The notes below the pieces were generated by a model. It was not told where the DNA came from. It was given only the letters and a program-made list of their open reading frames with translations, and searched no databases. A program made the translations under genes and the position numbers. From NCBI GenBank assembly GCA_024679065.1, contig JAGIQG010000003.1:57846001-57910000 (forward strand): a DNA stretch of 64,000 nucleotides, read 5' to 3'. Source of the stretch: Sphyrna mokarran. Lineage: Eukaryota. Shown here piece by piece: positions 25,362-38,667 of the stretch (positions within the stretch are counted from its first letter, which is position 1; each line of letters starts with the position of its first letter).

Positions 25362-27750
25362 AATGTATGTCAAGAAACCAACTAGAGAGCAGGTCATCCT
25401 AGACTAGTATTGTGTAATGAGAGAGGATAAATCATCAATCTAGTGGTTTGAGATCCTTTGGGGAAGAATAACCATAATCTTTATTAAAATGGAGAGTGAC
25501 ACAGTTAAGTCTGATACTAGGATCTTGAACTTCAAGAAGGCTAACTTTGATGAGATAAAACATGCATTGGCTAGGATAAGTTGGCAAAGGATACTTAAGG
25601 GATTGACAGTGGAAGGGCAATGGTAGACATTTAAAGGATATATGGATGAATTTCAGCAACTGTATATCCCTGTCTGGCATAACAATAATCTGGAGAAAAT
25701 GGCTTAACCATGACTAATAAGGAACATCGGGGGTAGTGTTGAAGCCAAAGAGTAGGCATATAAATTGACCAGAAAAAGCAGCAAACCTGAGGATTGAAAG
25801 AAATTTAAAATCCAGCAGAGGAGGACAAAGAGTTTAATTCACAACGGGAAAATAGAATTCGAGAGTAATCTTGCAGGAAGCATAAAAGCTGACTGCAAAA
25901 GCTTCTAAAGATGTGTGAAGAGAAAAAGACTGGTGAAGGCAAATGTAGGTGCCTTACATTTAGAATCAGGTGAATTCATAACAGGAACAAAGAGACCGAT
26001 AGACCAGCTGAACAAATACTTTGGATCTGTCTTCACTAAGGAGGACATAAATAACTTCTAGAAATATTACACGACAGAGAGTGTATAGCATGTAGGAGGA
26101 ACTGAAGGAAATCCTTATTAGTTAGGAAATTATATTAACGAAATTGCTGAGTTTAAAACACAGTAAGTCCCCAAGCTTGATGCTCTGCATCCCAGAGTAC
26201 TTAAAGAACTGGCTCTGGAAATAGTGGATGCACTGGTAGTCATTTTGCAGATTTGATAAACTCTGGAAGAGTTCCAATGGACTGCAGGGAAGCTAATGTA
26301 ACCTCACTTTTTTAAAAAAGAAGACAGGGAATTATAAACCAGTTAGCCTAATATCGATAGTGGGGAAAATGCTGTGATAAATTGTTAAGGATGTCACAAT
26401 TGACCATTTGGAAAGTAGTGACAGGATTGACCCAGTTCAGCATGGATTCACTAAGGAAAATCATGCTTGACAAATCTTTTGGAATCTTTTGAGGATGTGC
26501 CCAGGAGTGTGGACAAGGGTGAACTATATAGGCATTGTGTACCTGGACTTTCAGAAAGTTTTTAACAAAATCCCACACAAGAGATCAGTGAGCAAGATTA
26601 AAGCTCATGTTATTTGGCTTATGGATGTGGATAGAGGACTGGTTAGCAGATAGGAAGCAGAGAGTGGGAATAAATGGGTCCTTTTCAGAGTGGCACATAG
26701 TGACTAGTGAGGTATTGTAGGATTCAGTGTTGGGTCCCCAGCTATTCATAATATGTACTAGTAGTTTGGAGAAAGGAACTGAATGCAATATCTCCAAATT
26801 TGCAGATGACACTAAGCTGGGTGGCAGTGTGTGCTATGAGAGGATGTTAAGACACTGCAGGGTGATTTGGACAGGCTAGATGAGTGGGCAAGTACTTGGC
26901 AAATACAATGCAATGGAGATAAATGTGGTAGCAAAAACAAGAAGGAAAATTATCATCTGAATGGCAGCAATTTAAGAAGAAGTGCAACATGACTTGTGTG
27001 TCATGGTGGAACAGTCGCTGAAAGTTGGCATGCAGATACAACAGGCAGTGAGGAAAGCTAATGGCATGCTGGCCTTTTTAGCAAGAGGATTTGAGTATGA
27101 GAGTAAGGATGCCTTGCTGGAGCTATACAGGGTTTTGGGGAGGCTACACCTTGGTCTAGTAATCTGAGGAAGGACATTCTTCCTCAGAAGAGGGAGCCCA
27201 GACTGGTTCCCAGAATAGCAAGACTGAAGAGAAACTGGATTGACTGGGCTTGTTCTCACTGGAATTTAGAAGAATGAGAGGGGATCTTATTGAAACGTGT
27301 AAAATCCTGGACAGGCTAGATACAAGAAAAATGTGCCCAATATGGGGGATCACAGTCCAAGAATAAGAATTCAGAATTGAAATGAGGAAGAACTTCTTCA
27401 CTCAGAAAATTGTAAACCTGTGGAATTCCCTATTGCAGAAAGCTGTTGGGGCCAGTTTGTTAGATATGTTCAAGAAGGAATTGGACGTGGCTCTTGAAGA
27501 GAAAGCAGGAGTGGGATATTGGAAGTGCATGAGCTGCCACGACCGTACTAAATGGTGATGCAGGCTCGAAGGGTCAAATGGCCTACTTCTGCATCTATTT
27601 TCTATGTTTAATTACCATAGATTATGGGGCAAAAGCCTTTGAAAGACTGTGGGTAAGTGTAAGTGTAAAAATGATAGAAACCGTTCATTCACCACTGACC
27701 ACAAAATGCAGGTCATGGTGAACCTCTTGTGCCAAAGCAGCTTAGCTATA

Positions 27751-27768
27751 ACAGCGCCATCTGGTGTG
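27751..27768 (-). promoter_or_regulatory. Candidate CTCF site
   Basis: Minus strand CACACCAGATGGCGCTGT matches the CTCF core CCASYAGRKGGCRS at most positions; lies in apparently non-repeat sequence. Confidence 0.45.
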
Positions 27769-28284
27769 TGATTTGAATATTCATCTGGACAGCCGTGATT
27801 CTTTTACACCAATCACTCTGACAGATGGCTCTAAATCAATATGAACATTTTCTAAATAAAACATTCTTAATTCAAAATATCAAGGTTGAACTTCCCCGGG
27901 TGATTTTATGATCTCCCTTTGTGACTTTGATGGAAATCCCATAGAAATTGCAAAGTAGGCCTCAGAATTGCTTTCTGAAAGTACACAGGAAAATTGGACA
28001 AATCTCCCAGGGAAATTCGAGCTGATGCTCTTTGACTTCTTGATCATACAAAACAGCAAAATTCAAAGATCAGTGATCAGGAAAGGGGGATCTTTGCCTT
28101 ATTTCCCTCTCATTAAATCCCACTGTCAATTAATTCAACACAGGCCAGAAATTGAACATAGGGCCTGGTCTCTATGGATCAGCTATTCAGTGGGTATGCT
28201 AAATCTGGGTATAGCCCCTGCTTAATTGTCCATTTTCTCACATAATAAAACAGTAAAGCACACAACTCATTTCATTACAACATA

Positions 28285-28672
28285 TCATGTGACAGTCATA
28301 GCTAGGGTATAGAAAAAGATCAATTTAATATCAGGTAGATCTATTCAAAAGTCTGATGGCAGCAGGGAAGAAGCTGTTCTTGAGTCAGTTGGTCTGTGAC
28401 CTCAGATTTTTGTATCTTTTCCCGAAGGAAGAAGTTGGAAGAGAGTATGTCCAGGGTACCTGGAGCCCTTGATTATGCTGGGTTGTTTTCCAAGGCAGTG
28501 TGAAGTGTAGACAAAGTCAATAAATGGGAGGCTGGTTTGTGTGATGGACTGGGTTTCGTTTACAACCCTTTGTAATTTCTTGCAGTCTTGGTCAGGACAG
28601 CAGCCACATCATGCTGTGATTCATCCAGAAAGGATGCTTTTTATGGAGCATCTATAAAAGTTGGTGAGAGTC
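28285..28672 (-). mobile_element. Rex1/Babar 3' fragment
   Basis: Reverse complement resembles 12880-13330. Confidence 0.8.
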
Positions 28673-28726
28673 ATAAATCCGGCCACAAAATTCAATAAAG
28701 CCTAAAAATGGATGAAGGAGCACATT

Positions 28727-29634
28727 GGGCCCAATTTTACCATTGTGTCCCATCCATTTTCAGGCACGAAAATGTGATAAAGTCAGGCATAAGGCCATTA
28801 ACACGATCCACACCCTGGTTCACGCAGATGCTCACTTTCCCAAGGCCTGAAAATGGCTGCATGCTTTTAAATGGGATTAATGAACTGTCCGTTCAACTTT
28901 ATTAGCATTTGCCTCTTTACCATCACACATCCAGATTCGGTGTGAAACAGATGTGGTCCGCAAAGTTCTGTTTCAGGTGCTCCAGCTGCTGAAGAGGTAA
29001 GTTCAGAGCTTCCAACAGTTCTCTGCTCAGCTGGTTGTAGTTGGTGGTGAGGGGGTGTGGAGAGAGACCAGATTGTCATCTGGTGGTGGAGGGAGGAAGG
29101 GAGACGGATCTGATCATTCTCTAATGGGGGTGAGAGAGGAAAGAGGCTCAATCATTTTCAGGTGGGGGGGAGTGTGATCATTTTCTGGGGGGTGTTGGAA
29201 CACCAGATGGACCTCTGGTGGGGAGCAGGGACAGAGGGGTCTGCTACTACTCTGCAGACTATTGATGGGGGGGAAAGTGAGCAGGGGATCATGATTGGTC
29301 TGGGTTGCAAGGGAGTGTGGGTGGGGATAAGGGCGACAGTTAAGTTGTAGGGGTGGGGGATGATATCTGTGGGGCTATCAGTCCTGGGCTGCTTTGTCCG
29401 CTGTCTGTGGCCCACAATGAGACAAGGCAAAATTTTCAATTTTTTTCTCACTGTACATGCGCTGTTCAGAGTTCCGATCCTTCAGGCATGATAAGCCCCA
29501 CCCACAGTGCAATTCAGACCCCCGATTTCTTTTTCAGGCTAAGTACACATGACGTCACCAGAAAGCAGATTTCCAAGTAAGGTCTGAATTGCACCCAGAT
29601 TCAACAGTTGGAATCAAAATGGTAAAATCAGGCC
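28727..29634. mobile_element. Non-autonomous DNA transposon (Harbinger-like TIRs)
   Basis: GGCCCAATTTTACCATT at the left end and AATGGTAAAATCAGGCC at the right end form an imperfect TIR; G-rich degenerate internal repeats. Confidence 0.7.
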
Positions 29635-29859
29635 AGTTGAATTGTACCCACTGCTTCAGATTAGGTGGTAGGCAAAAGTCATACTGCCTGTTCACATCAA
29701 CGATTGCTGCATGTTGAGTGGCTACATGGCTGAACAAAGGCAAAATTATGTGAGGTTGGTATCCTTCACCTCCTAAAGCTGAGATGCCTTTTGTTAGGAG
29801 CAAGTGCTGTTGCTATTCGAATATGAGTTTGACCTGGGAAAGACACAAGAATGGCACAA

Positions 29860-30050
29860 AATAGCAGAAGATAAGATCTTCCAATGCTCCCGTTGGAGGT
29901 CTTGAGCGAGGAGGTACAAAGGAGGAGAAGTGGCATCTACCTCTATGGAAGCAGGAAATTCTCCTGATTAACTTTCAGCGGTTAATTGCAATCAATGCCA
30001 GGCATCTAACCCAAAGAGTAGTTTAATACCTGTACACGAGTTGCCATGGT
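29860..30050 (+). pseudogene. Harbinger Myb/SANT-like ORF remnant
   Basis: LEVLSEEVQRRRSGIY resembles the N-terminus of Harbinger Myb-like proteins; convergent with the transposase remnant. Confidence 0.4.
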
Positions 30051-31084
30051 CAGTGAATACATCTTTAAAAGCCATATCCATACCAACTATATCAGTAGCA
30101 TCACACACTTTTCAATATACCACTTCCTCCTGTATGTGTGTGTGTATGTGTTAAAAACAACGGAATCGAAACTGACTGTTCACCTGCCGAAGTCAGTGCT
30201 ACTGGAACCTTCATCATCTCCTCTTGAGTCAAGGACTGTTTCATATATCGATCTTTTTCTTACTTCTTTAAACTCATTCTAACTTCTAATCAATATGAAT
30301 GTATATGCATGTGTTTTACCATCTTCTTGTTTTTAGAAGTTAATAAACTCTATCTTTAACTCAAGAAAACCTGGTTGAGTTGACTCCTTTTAAAACATAA
30401 ATATTGAGACTGGGAAAAGATATCCTTGAATGGACTGATCTCTTTTAGATTAATCTTGTTGTGACCAACAGAGGGAGTTGCATAAGCAAAGGGAGCAAGT
30501 CATCCCTCCTCACTCAGCATGTGACAATTTGGAGATATCCCTACTGGACAGTAACAAATCGAGGGAACTCACCAGCTTAATAAATTTGGAGAATATCACC
30601 AGGGAACTGGTTGTAATAATAACTGGTTGGGGACTTATCTGGGATTGTAACAATATTGACTGGTTCAATTTATAAAGCTGTTTGGGTATATTTGCTTTGC
30701 GATGGTTTTCATTTCATCATTGTGACTAAGAGGACACTATGATGATCAGTCACAAAGGGATGGTAAGGTATGGGACTGCTGTTGAATGAGGAATTGGGGT
30801 TGTATTCACTGTTACTGCAGTCAAAGAGCAAAGAGCAGTACGGCACAGGAACAGGCCCTTTGACCCACCAAGCTTGCGCCGGCACATGATGCCTTTATAA
30901 ACTAAAGATCTTTTGCCTCTACACGGTCTGTGTTCCTCTATTAACTGCCATATATCTGTCAAAGTGAGGCAGTCATGGACAGTGAGGCCAGAAAGAGACT
31001 GTGTTGGTTGCCTTTTCCCCTTTCATCTCTTCCTTCTCCTCCTCAGCTGCTCACTGTATAGCTGGACACAATTGTTACTTCCTC

Positions 31085-31505
31085 ACATTGGCAAGTCTAT
31101 TTGGTATAGCAGGCTGCCACAAATCTGGACATGTGATCTGCTGAGGACCACAGTATTCCTCCAGAGTGATCCAGGTAATGGGAGCATTGCTTTATACCCC
31201 AAATCATCTGACTTATCATACTTTAGGGAGCAGCATTATAAATTTGCTGTCCATTTGGGTTGTGCACCAGAGACAAATGGTCATTGAGTGGTCACCCTCT
31301 GGTTTGTCATGATAGAGTAGACTGCCACAGTACTATGGCATCATGATTGCTGCCAGGAAAGTCCTAAATGATGCATTGAGTTTGGTCACACATCAGCTGG
31401 ACACTGAAGGAGTGGAGATCCTTTCCCATTGTAGTTGCAAAATTTACATGTGGCAACAAACAAAGTAGCATATGTGCAATCCCCATGGAGATGCCTATAA
31501 TTGGG
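31085..31505 (-). pseudogene. PIF/Harbinger DDE transposase remnant
   Basis: Minus strand NYNGKG/LHSFSVQLMCD...FPGSNHDAIVLWQS and YLDHSGGIL...FVAAC resemble HARBI1-like motifs (NRKGFHS.NVQ..CD, PGS.HD, LD.SGG.L). Confidence 0.75.
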
Positions 31506-32266
31506 GTGAAGGCCCATGTTCACTCCAGCTGCCTCCTGCTGACCAGAGTGAATGATTTACATTCAGCTCTTTTTTTCTGGAAAATCCTCAACAACCTCCC
31601 TGATACAACAGTCAATAATAAACTGGAATAAATTGGAAACTATGTCCGCTCAAGCCTGGGAGGAGCCTGGTACACGTTCTTAGCCAGCAGCACTGTCACA
31701 GACACTGACAATGCCATCCTCACCCTGCTCTGATCGGCCAGACAGGTGGCAAATTTATGTCAACACCTTCTTAGTGATGTGCAGATCTCTGCCACTCTTT
31801 GCTGAAGTTGAAGTCGGAGAGTTCTCTGTGAAGACTCTGGGTGGAGAAGGTCTCCTGCTAAAAACACATCCCTTTCCTCCTCCTCCATTCTTTCCAGTCA
31901 GCTGGTCCTCCTCTGTGTTGCTTATTCTCTTTATCAAGCTACAGGCCAAATGAGATGTAAGTTACTGCACCCATGTCTGGGACCAAGTGGCCTGAGCGCA
32001 AATATTAAAGTCAGAACCAAAGCTTCAACATGTACCACAATGCAACCTGTGGACTTGAACAATGTCAGCCATGTAAACTACCAACTACTTCTACTAACTT
32101 GACAACACCTAATCAGCAACTGACCTACAAGTGGCTGATAATCCCAGTATGTGGCACTATCCACTGCAGAACACGAATAGGGCTGTGTATGGTAAGGGAA
32201 GGTGTTAGCTGGAACATTCACAACTGGCACTGTTGGCATCAAATCTGCCATCTGGCTACTTTTCAT

Positions 32267-33284
32267 ACTCAGTAAGAATTTAGCAACACCAATTATTAAT
32301 CCAACCGATTTATTTGATAGTAAAAAAGCGAGCTTTCAACACTCCCGTGTCTTCATCAGGCAAGTGCAGTGTTCTGGTCTGCAATAGCACACATCAGCAC
32401 AGACAGTCAGAGATTGCTAATTAGAATGCGAATCCTTACATCTAACCTGCTATTCAAGTGTTAAAGTGGCTAACAATGTGTGTGAAGGGAATCCTGAGCA
32501 TTGGTTAGAGAATTGTGTATTTTCTCCAGACAGCACAGTAAGTGAGGTTTTTGCTAACCCAGGCAAGTTACGGGGGTTACAGATAGTGTGACATGAAGCC
32601 AAGATCCCTGTTAAGACCGTCCTCATGTGTGCGGAACTTGGCTATCAGTCTCTGCTCAGCAATTCTGAGCTGTTGTGTGTCACGAAGGCCGCCTTGAAGA
32701 ACATTTACCGCAGGTCGGAGGCCGAATGCCCATGACTGCTGAAGTGTTCGCCCACAGGAAGGGAACTGTTTTGCCTGTGATTGTTGAGCGATGCTCATTC
32801 ATCCGCTGTCGTAGTGTCTACGTGGTCTCCCCAATGTACCATGCTTCGGGACATCCTTTCTTGCAACGTATTAGGTAGACAACGTTGGCCGAGTTGCAAG
32901 AGTATGTACCGTGCACCTGGTGAATGGTATCCTCACGTTTGATGATGTCGTCCATGTCTATGATCCGGCATGTCTTGCAGAGGGTGCTGTGGCAGGGTTG
33001 TGTGGTATTGTGGTCACTGTTCTCCTGAAGGTTGGGTAGTTTGCTGCGAACAATGATCTGTTTGAGGTTGTGCGGTTGTCTGAAAGCAAGAAGTGGGGGG
33101 GGTGGGGATGGCCCTAGCGAGATGTTCATCGTCATCAATGATATGTTGAAGACTCCGGAGAAGATGTCGTAGCTTCTCCGCTCCGGGGAAGTACTGGACA
33201 ACAAAGGGTACTCTGTCCACCGTGTCCCGTGTTCGTCTTCTGAGGAGTTCAGTGCGGTTTATCGTTGTGGCACGTTGGAACAGA
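32267..33284 (-). mobile_element. Penelope-like element copy 2 (5'-truncated) with 14-bp TSD
   Basis: Highly similar to ~3770-4790; GIY-YIG region with small indels; CTACTTTTCATACT at 32256-32269 and 33285-33298. Confidence 0.93.
32322..32366 (-). ncRNA. Hammerhead ribozyme motif in PLE copy 2
   Basis: Minus strand TTGC-CTGATGA-A-GACAC(GGGA)GTGTT-GAAA-GC-TC-GC; core intact, longer stem II, stem I weakened. Confidence 0.7.
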
Positions 33285-34253
33285 CTACTTTTCATACTTC
33301 CAGTGCACACACCCTGTGCCTACACGGAAGTCCTACAAGAATGCAGTACAGCCACCGCCATTAGAATTTGCATGTAATATGGACATCATTTTGGACACAA
33401 AAAAACCCATAAAAATGGTCACAGTGCAACCAAATTTTGAGACATTTAGCTTTGAGGAGAGAATGTCAGAAATTTAGAAGGTCTTACAGAGATAAGAAGG
33501 GGTGAGCTGCGAAGGAATTTGAACATGAGGGTAAGAGGGAAACAGGAGGCAATGTAGATTTATAAGGATGGAGTTAATGAGTGAATGGGACTTGATGCTG
33601 GATCCAAATACCAGAGTGAGCTGAACATTATAATGAATTTATTATCTGCAGTAATTTTATCCTGAACATTCTTTGTCAGCCCTGCTTGAGGAGTGGGAAC
33701 TAGCAACATAATTAGTCAACGTGGGAAACAGAAGGGAAGATGGGTCAGCAGTTTAGTGGATATTGGGTTCAGGCAGACAGGTAACATGATCAAAAGGAGC
33801 AGAGATAAGGGCCACGACAAAGCTGAGAGAGGGCAATAGTTCCAATGAAGACTAAGATATCAAGGATAGAGATGAGAATGAAGTTCAGTAGCTTATAGCG
33901 GCAGTAAGGTTGTGGTGAATATACAGCAAAAGGCTAGGCAGTTGGGATTTTGAAAGTGCAATTGGAAGTGAATTTGGAAAGAGATTTCACACAGAAAGAA
34001 GTTGGATTGAGAAACTGGCAGCTCTGGAGGGTGGGTCATCAATATATTAACCCAGATCCTCTGGTCTACAGATAAGGCCTCCCACCCTTTCCCCACCTCG
34101 CAGCAATCTTCTGCTCTCCAACTCCACTTTGAACCTCTGGCTTGCCTCCCCTTCCAACCCTCATGAACCTGACCTGATTTTACCTTCCTGAAAAGCTATT
34201 TAAATGTCTCAAAGCATTTCAATGTCTTAGAGAATAAAGTCTTATCAAAATAT

Positions 34254-35249
34254 GACATCTTTTACCAATCAGAGGCTAGGGCTGGATCCAGATATAAAAT
34301 GGATCCAAACCCGGAATCCCCGTTCCAGCACGCCCATACGCCTTTTGCCGGCTCAGATGGATCTCTCGTTGAAGAGTGGTGTGAAGATTCTCCCAAGTCT
34401 ATCCTCCCCCCAATTCTCCACCACCTGCCCACCAACCAGAGATCCATCTGAGCTCGTCCCCTCTTGCAGCAGACACCAGCAGAAGGCCAGGAAGGTGCTG
34501 CAGGCTGTCCAGCAAGTCCAGTAAGAAGTCTCACAACACCCAGTTAAAGTCCAGTTAGACTAGTGTTGTAAGACTCCTTACTGTGTTCACCCCAGTCCAA
34601 CGCCGGCATTTCCACATCGATGGTTGGTCAGAAGAATGGTGGAGGAAAACTGAGGTAGGTTGAGGGTATGCTCTGCCTCCTGGGGAAGGGGTCTGATCAT
34701 GGGAGGGGTGTCTGCCTCCTGGAAGGGTCTGACAGTGAGGGTGGGGGGGATAGTTTGCCAGGGGCCTGCCTCCCGGCAGTTTTGATTGCAGGGGTGTGTG
34801 CTCTGCCGAACGGGCTTGCTTCCCTGGGGGGGGTCTGATCAGAGAGGGGGGATATGCCGGGGGGGCGTCTATCTCCCAGGAGGTTCGGATCATGGGGCGA
34901 GGGTCTGCTGGCGTGGTTAGTGGGGGGTCTGCGAATGAGGAGGATGGCCTTTGGAGGTTCACCTGCATAATAGGAATCCGCTTCGGATTTTTATTCTACA
35001 GGTTAGTAACAGTGCAGATCCGAAGACGGTAAAGTGGGATTTGGCAGTAGAATTGGGCGCGCAGTTCATTAAGTCAATTTAAATGCACGCTAATGATTGA
35101 GGCGCGGACCGGATCTGCGCCCAAATCGGGTGTCGGTAAAGGCACGATTTGCTCGGTTTCGGGTGCAGATCGCATTACAGGCCCAGTGCCCGAATTTACC
35201 ACAATTTCGCGCCTGAAAACCAGAGCGAATTTTTGGTAAAATCGGGACC
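34254..35249. mobile_element. Non-autonomous Harbinger-like DNA transposon containing a PLE-repeat hairpin insertion
   Basis: Ends TTTTACCAA / TTGGTAAAA; G-rich internal repeats like 28727-29634; 34520-34620 is a fold-back of the short PLE-related repeat. Confidence 0.6.
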
Positions 35250-35485
35250 CTGCGGCCATGAAAGGGGGCACAGCTCAGTCTCTCCCTTCAATCCTGCACT
35301 ATGAGGAAAAACTGTGATAACAGTTCTGCAATTCCAAAGGGGCCAGGATCAGAAGTCCAAGTCAGAAATGCAAAACACCATGTTAGTGAAAAGAAATTTG
35401 GAACAGGCTGACAATCTGATGGTAATGGCCATTCCTTGGAAGATTCTGCTGGTTGATTATGTTGAATTTAATCAATGCTATCAGC

Positions 35486-35688
35486 AGTCTCACAACACAA
35501 GATTAAAGTCCAACACGTTTAGTTGGAATCACAAGTTTTCACAGTGCAGCTCTTTTATCACTCACCTGATGAAGGAGCAACACTTCAAAAGCTCATGATT
35601 CCAACTAAACCTGTTATACTTTAACCTGCTGTTGTGAGACTATTTACTGTGTCCACCCTAGTCCAATGCTGACATCGCCACATCATGA
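35486..35688. repeat. Palindromic (head-to-head) copy of the short HHR-bearing PLE-related repeat
   Basis: AGTCTCACAACA...TTGGAATCAC mirrored by GATTCCAACTAAACCTGTT...TGTTGTGAGACT; central CACCTGATGAAGGAGC; ends CAATGCTGACATCGCCACATCATG. Confidence 0.8.
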
Positions 35689-37904
35689 TTAATCAACACC
35701 GAGTAAGTAGATTCTCCATTGATAAGGGAGTCAAGTGTTTTGGCAGGAGGCTAGAAAGATAGATCTCATTCAGGTCATCCATGATCTTTTCAAATGGAGC
35801 AGCATGTTGTACAGGCCAAATGACCTACATCTGCTTTTAATTTGTCTGTTTGTACAATGTATGAAAGAAAGAAGAGATCTGAAAGGGCCTTGTATGTTTG
35901 ACATAATGGGTTTAGCAAGACCACATGGCAAAGGTTAAGGAGGTGACTGTGAAAATGACTTGGGGAGTTTATGTGGAAGGGGGGATAAAGAGAGGGTTAG
36001 AGGGTGGTGAACATATAGGAGAAAGAACATGTTGAACTGAGATAGAGATAGAAACAATTTAGGATAAGATATTTCTCAGTGTAGAGGCTGAAGGAAGACT
36101 GAGGATAGTTTTTTGAGAAAGTTGACATGCTACTTGGGTTGGTGAGCTACTATCCAGCTGGTGAGCTGGACTACTGTCCAGCTGCAGAGTTAGGAAACTC
36201 TTCTCCCCTGTTCTGCTCAATCTGGTCTTCCTCCATCTGAAGAAATCAACAGACCTCCCCTCTGAGCACACGTTTACGTACTGTATTTCGAGGAGTTAAT
36301 GGTTTATAGTATGTCCACCATTGGTTCAAAGCCATGTGACCAACTACTGAGGGATAGGGATCCAAGGTATAGCCTCCTCTTCCTGTCCATGGCTACATCT
36401 TGAGGCCGTTGCTCAACTTAACTGATGCTGGGTGCCATTTGTTAAATCCTGCCAGACACTTGTCCACATAAGATTCAATCCTATCAATCTAGGAATGTCA
36501 ATGTGAACGCCCTCTCCAGAGGATCTTGTGACGTGAGGATATTGACAAAACCGTTCTCCTTAGATGTTATCTTTGTTTCCCTCTGTCAGTGACTGCTAAG
36601 AGACTGAGACAGAAAATAAACAACCTTCAGTCAGACAATCACAATACTATGCCTGCTAATTCTATAATATTGTTAAAGATACCATTTTTTACACCGATGC
36701 TGAGGACACTGCAATATTTAATGTGTCACCTTCAAATTAAGTCTGATCTACCAGTTCAAGTGCATATTAAAGATCTATTGATTCTAAAAGAGGTTCTGCT
36801 AGATTTCCGCTCCCCTTTCTCAACCAACATCAGCAATAAACATAGATTGACTGGTCCTTCAGCGGTTGTGGAATCCTCATTATGTTTGTCTACATGGCAG
36901 CTGTCACCGTACACCAGGAGTAAGACGTGAATAATTTTGAGATGATTTGACATGAAATGGCACAAGATAAATTGCAGCCATTGTTTTACAGTTAAATTAA
37001 GAAAAGAATTATCAAGGACATACAAAAAACAGCAGTATTGAAGTCCAACACTAATTGAAAAGTACATCAACCTATTGATTAAGTGTTCACCATCCATTGC
37101 AGAATTACTTCATATTGATCTTTCGTCAATATACATCAGTAATATTTTTTAAATCATGATGTTGTCAGAAATGCTTGCTTTTTTTTGGAGTAGAATAATG
37201 CACAGTCTGTTTTATTTCTATGTTTGTTTCATGCAGGACTGGTAAATTTAAACGTAGGTTTAGTTTTTTTGAAAATGTAGCATAAAGTGGCACAACAGAG
37301 TGATTTACTATAAGAATTTAACAGCTATTGTTAACAGGAAGGTACAACTACAATTCCTTCACATTCTGGCCTCCCCGTAGTGTGTTATTGATGGTGGGAA
37401 GCAGTGCACCTTTAGCCGCTGTGGAATTCTCTGGTCAGGAATATTGGTCGGGCCACTGCGTCTCTCTGCTCTGTGCTATGGAATCCTTCATTTCTATCTC
37501 AATTGACAAAGGTAGGCCAGATTTAATCCTCCAGCAGTAAATGGTAGCTTTCACAATACCTCAGTATGGATATTGAAGAATCAGGCTAAATTATTTCTTC
37601 TGTTCCACAAGTGAAGTTTGAACGTGCAACCTTCTGCTTGAGAGGTGAATAATTTCTATTGGAACATTTTGAATGCTGGCACATTTCTATCAAATTCCCT
37701 TCTTTTTTCAGCATTTCCTCTTTCCATTTTTTAACTAAATACTGCTGAAGTGTTCCTCTTTGGAAATAGTCAGAAAACAAAGGTGAAAGTGCAAAATCTC
37801 GACTTCTGCACATTCCTCATCAGAGCTTAAATGGAAGCAGAGTAATCGGTTTACTGATGGCCCTAAGAACAGGGTTTCAATCCCTGGTTCATACTCAACT
37901 CATA

Positions 37905-38460
37905 GCTGATTTGATCTATTATTGTCACATGTATTGGGATACAGTGATAAGTACTGTTTCTTGCATGCTATACAGACAAAAACATACCTTTCATAGAGTA
38001 CAGAGGGGAGATGGAAAGGACAAGGTGCAGAATATAGTGCCAGTTATAGATAGGGTGAAGAGAAAGATCAGCTTAATCTATGACAGGACCAATCAAAAGT
38101 CTGATGGCAGCAGGGAAGAAACTGTTCTTCAGTTGGTCAGCACGTGTTTTCAGACTTCTGTATCTTTTTCCAACGGGAATGCCCAGGATGCATGGGATCC
38201 CTGATTATGCTGGCTGCTTTTCCAAGACAGCAGGAAGTTTGGACGGAGTCAATAGATATGAGACTGGTTTGTGTGATGAACTGGACTACGTTCACAACCC
38301 TTTATAGTTTCTTACGATTTTGGTCTGAGCAGAAACCGTACCAAGCTGTGATATATCCAGAAAGGATACTTTCTATGGTGCATCTGTAAAAATTGGTGAC
38401 ATATCATAGTGGATATGGTGAATTTCTTTAGCCTTCTGAGAAAGTAGAAGTTTTGGAGGT
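37905..38460 (-). mobile_element. Rex1/Babar 3' fragment
   Basis: Reverse complement of the 12820-13370-type sequence including TTTATTGTCACATGTATT terminus. Confidence 0.8.
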
Positions 38461-38667
38461 TTTTCTAACTTTCTTAACGTTAGTTAAGATAAAAGAGTGT
38501 TCTTTTATCTTAACTAAAAGAACATCCATTAAAATCAACAGTGTTTTATTCATCAACAGATCCATTAGCAACCAGAATATTCCAGTAGAGATTATTCAAA
38601 TCAGAAGGTTTGTAAATTCAAACTTCACTCGTGAAACAGAAATAATTTAATCAGATGCTTTAATATT

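Larger units (their letters stand above)
22480..27610 (+). mobile_element. Near full-length degenerate CR1 LINE (ORF1 esterase-like, APE endonuclease, RT, 3' UTR) with nested insertions
   Basis: IVIGDSKIRGIDR (SGNH/GDSL-like ORF1), CFNARSICNK, ETWL, IIGDFN, QHGFT, YLDFQKVF, KFADDTKLGG, FSLEFRRMRGDL; many stops and frameshifts. Confidence 0.88.
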
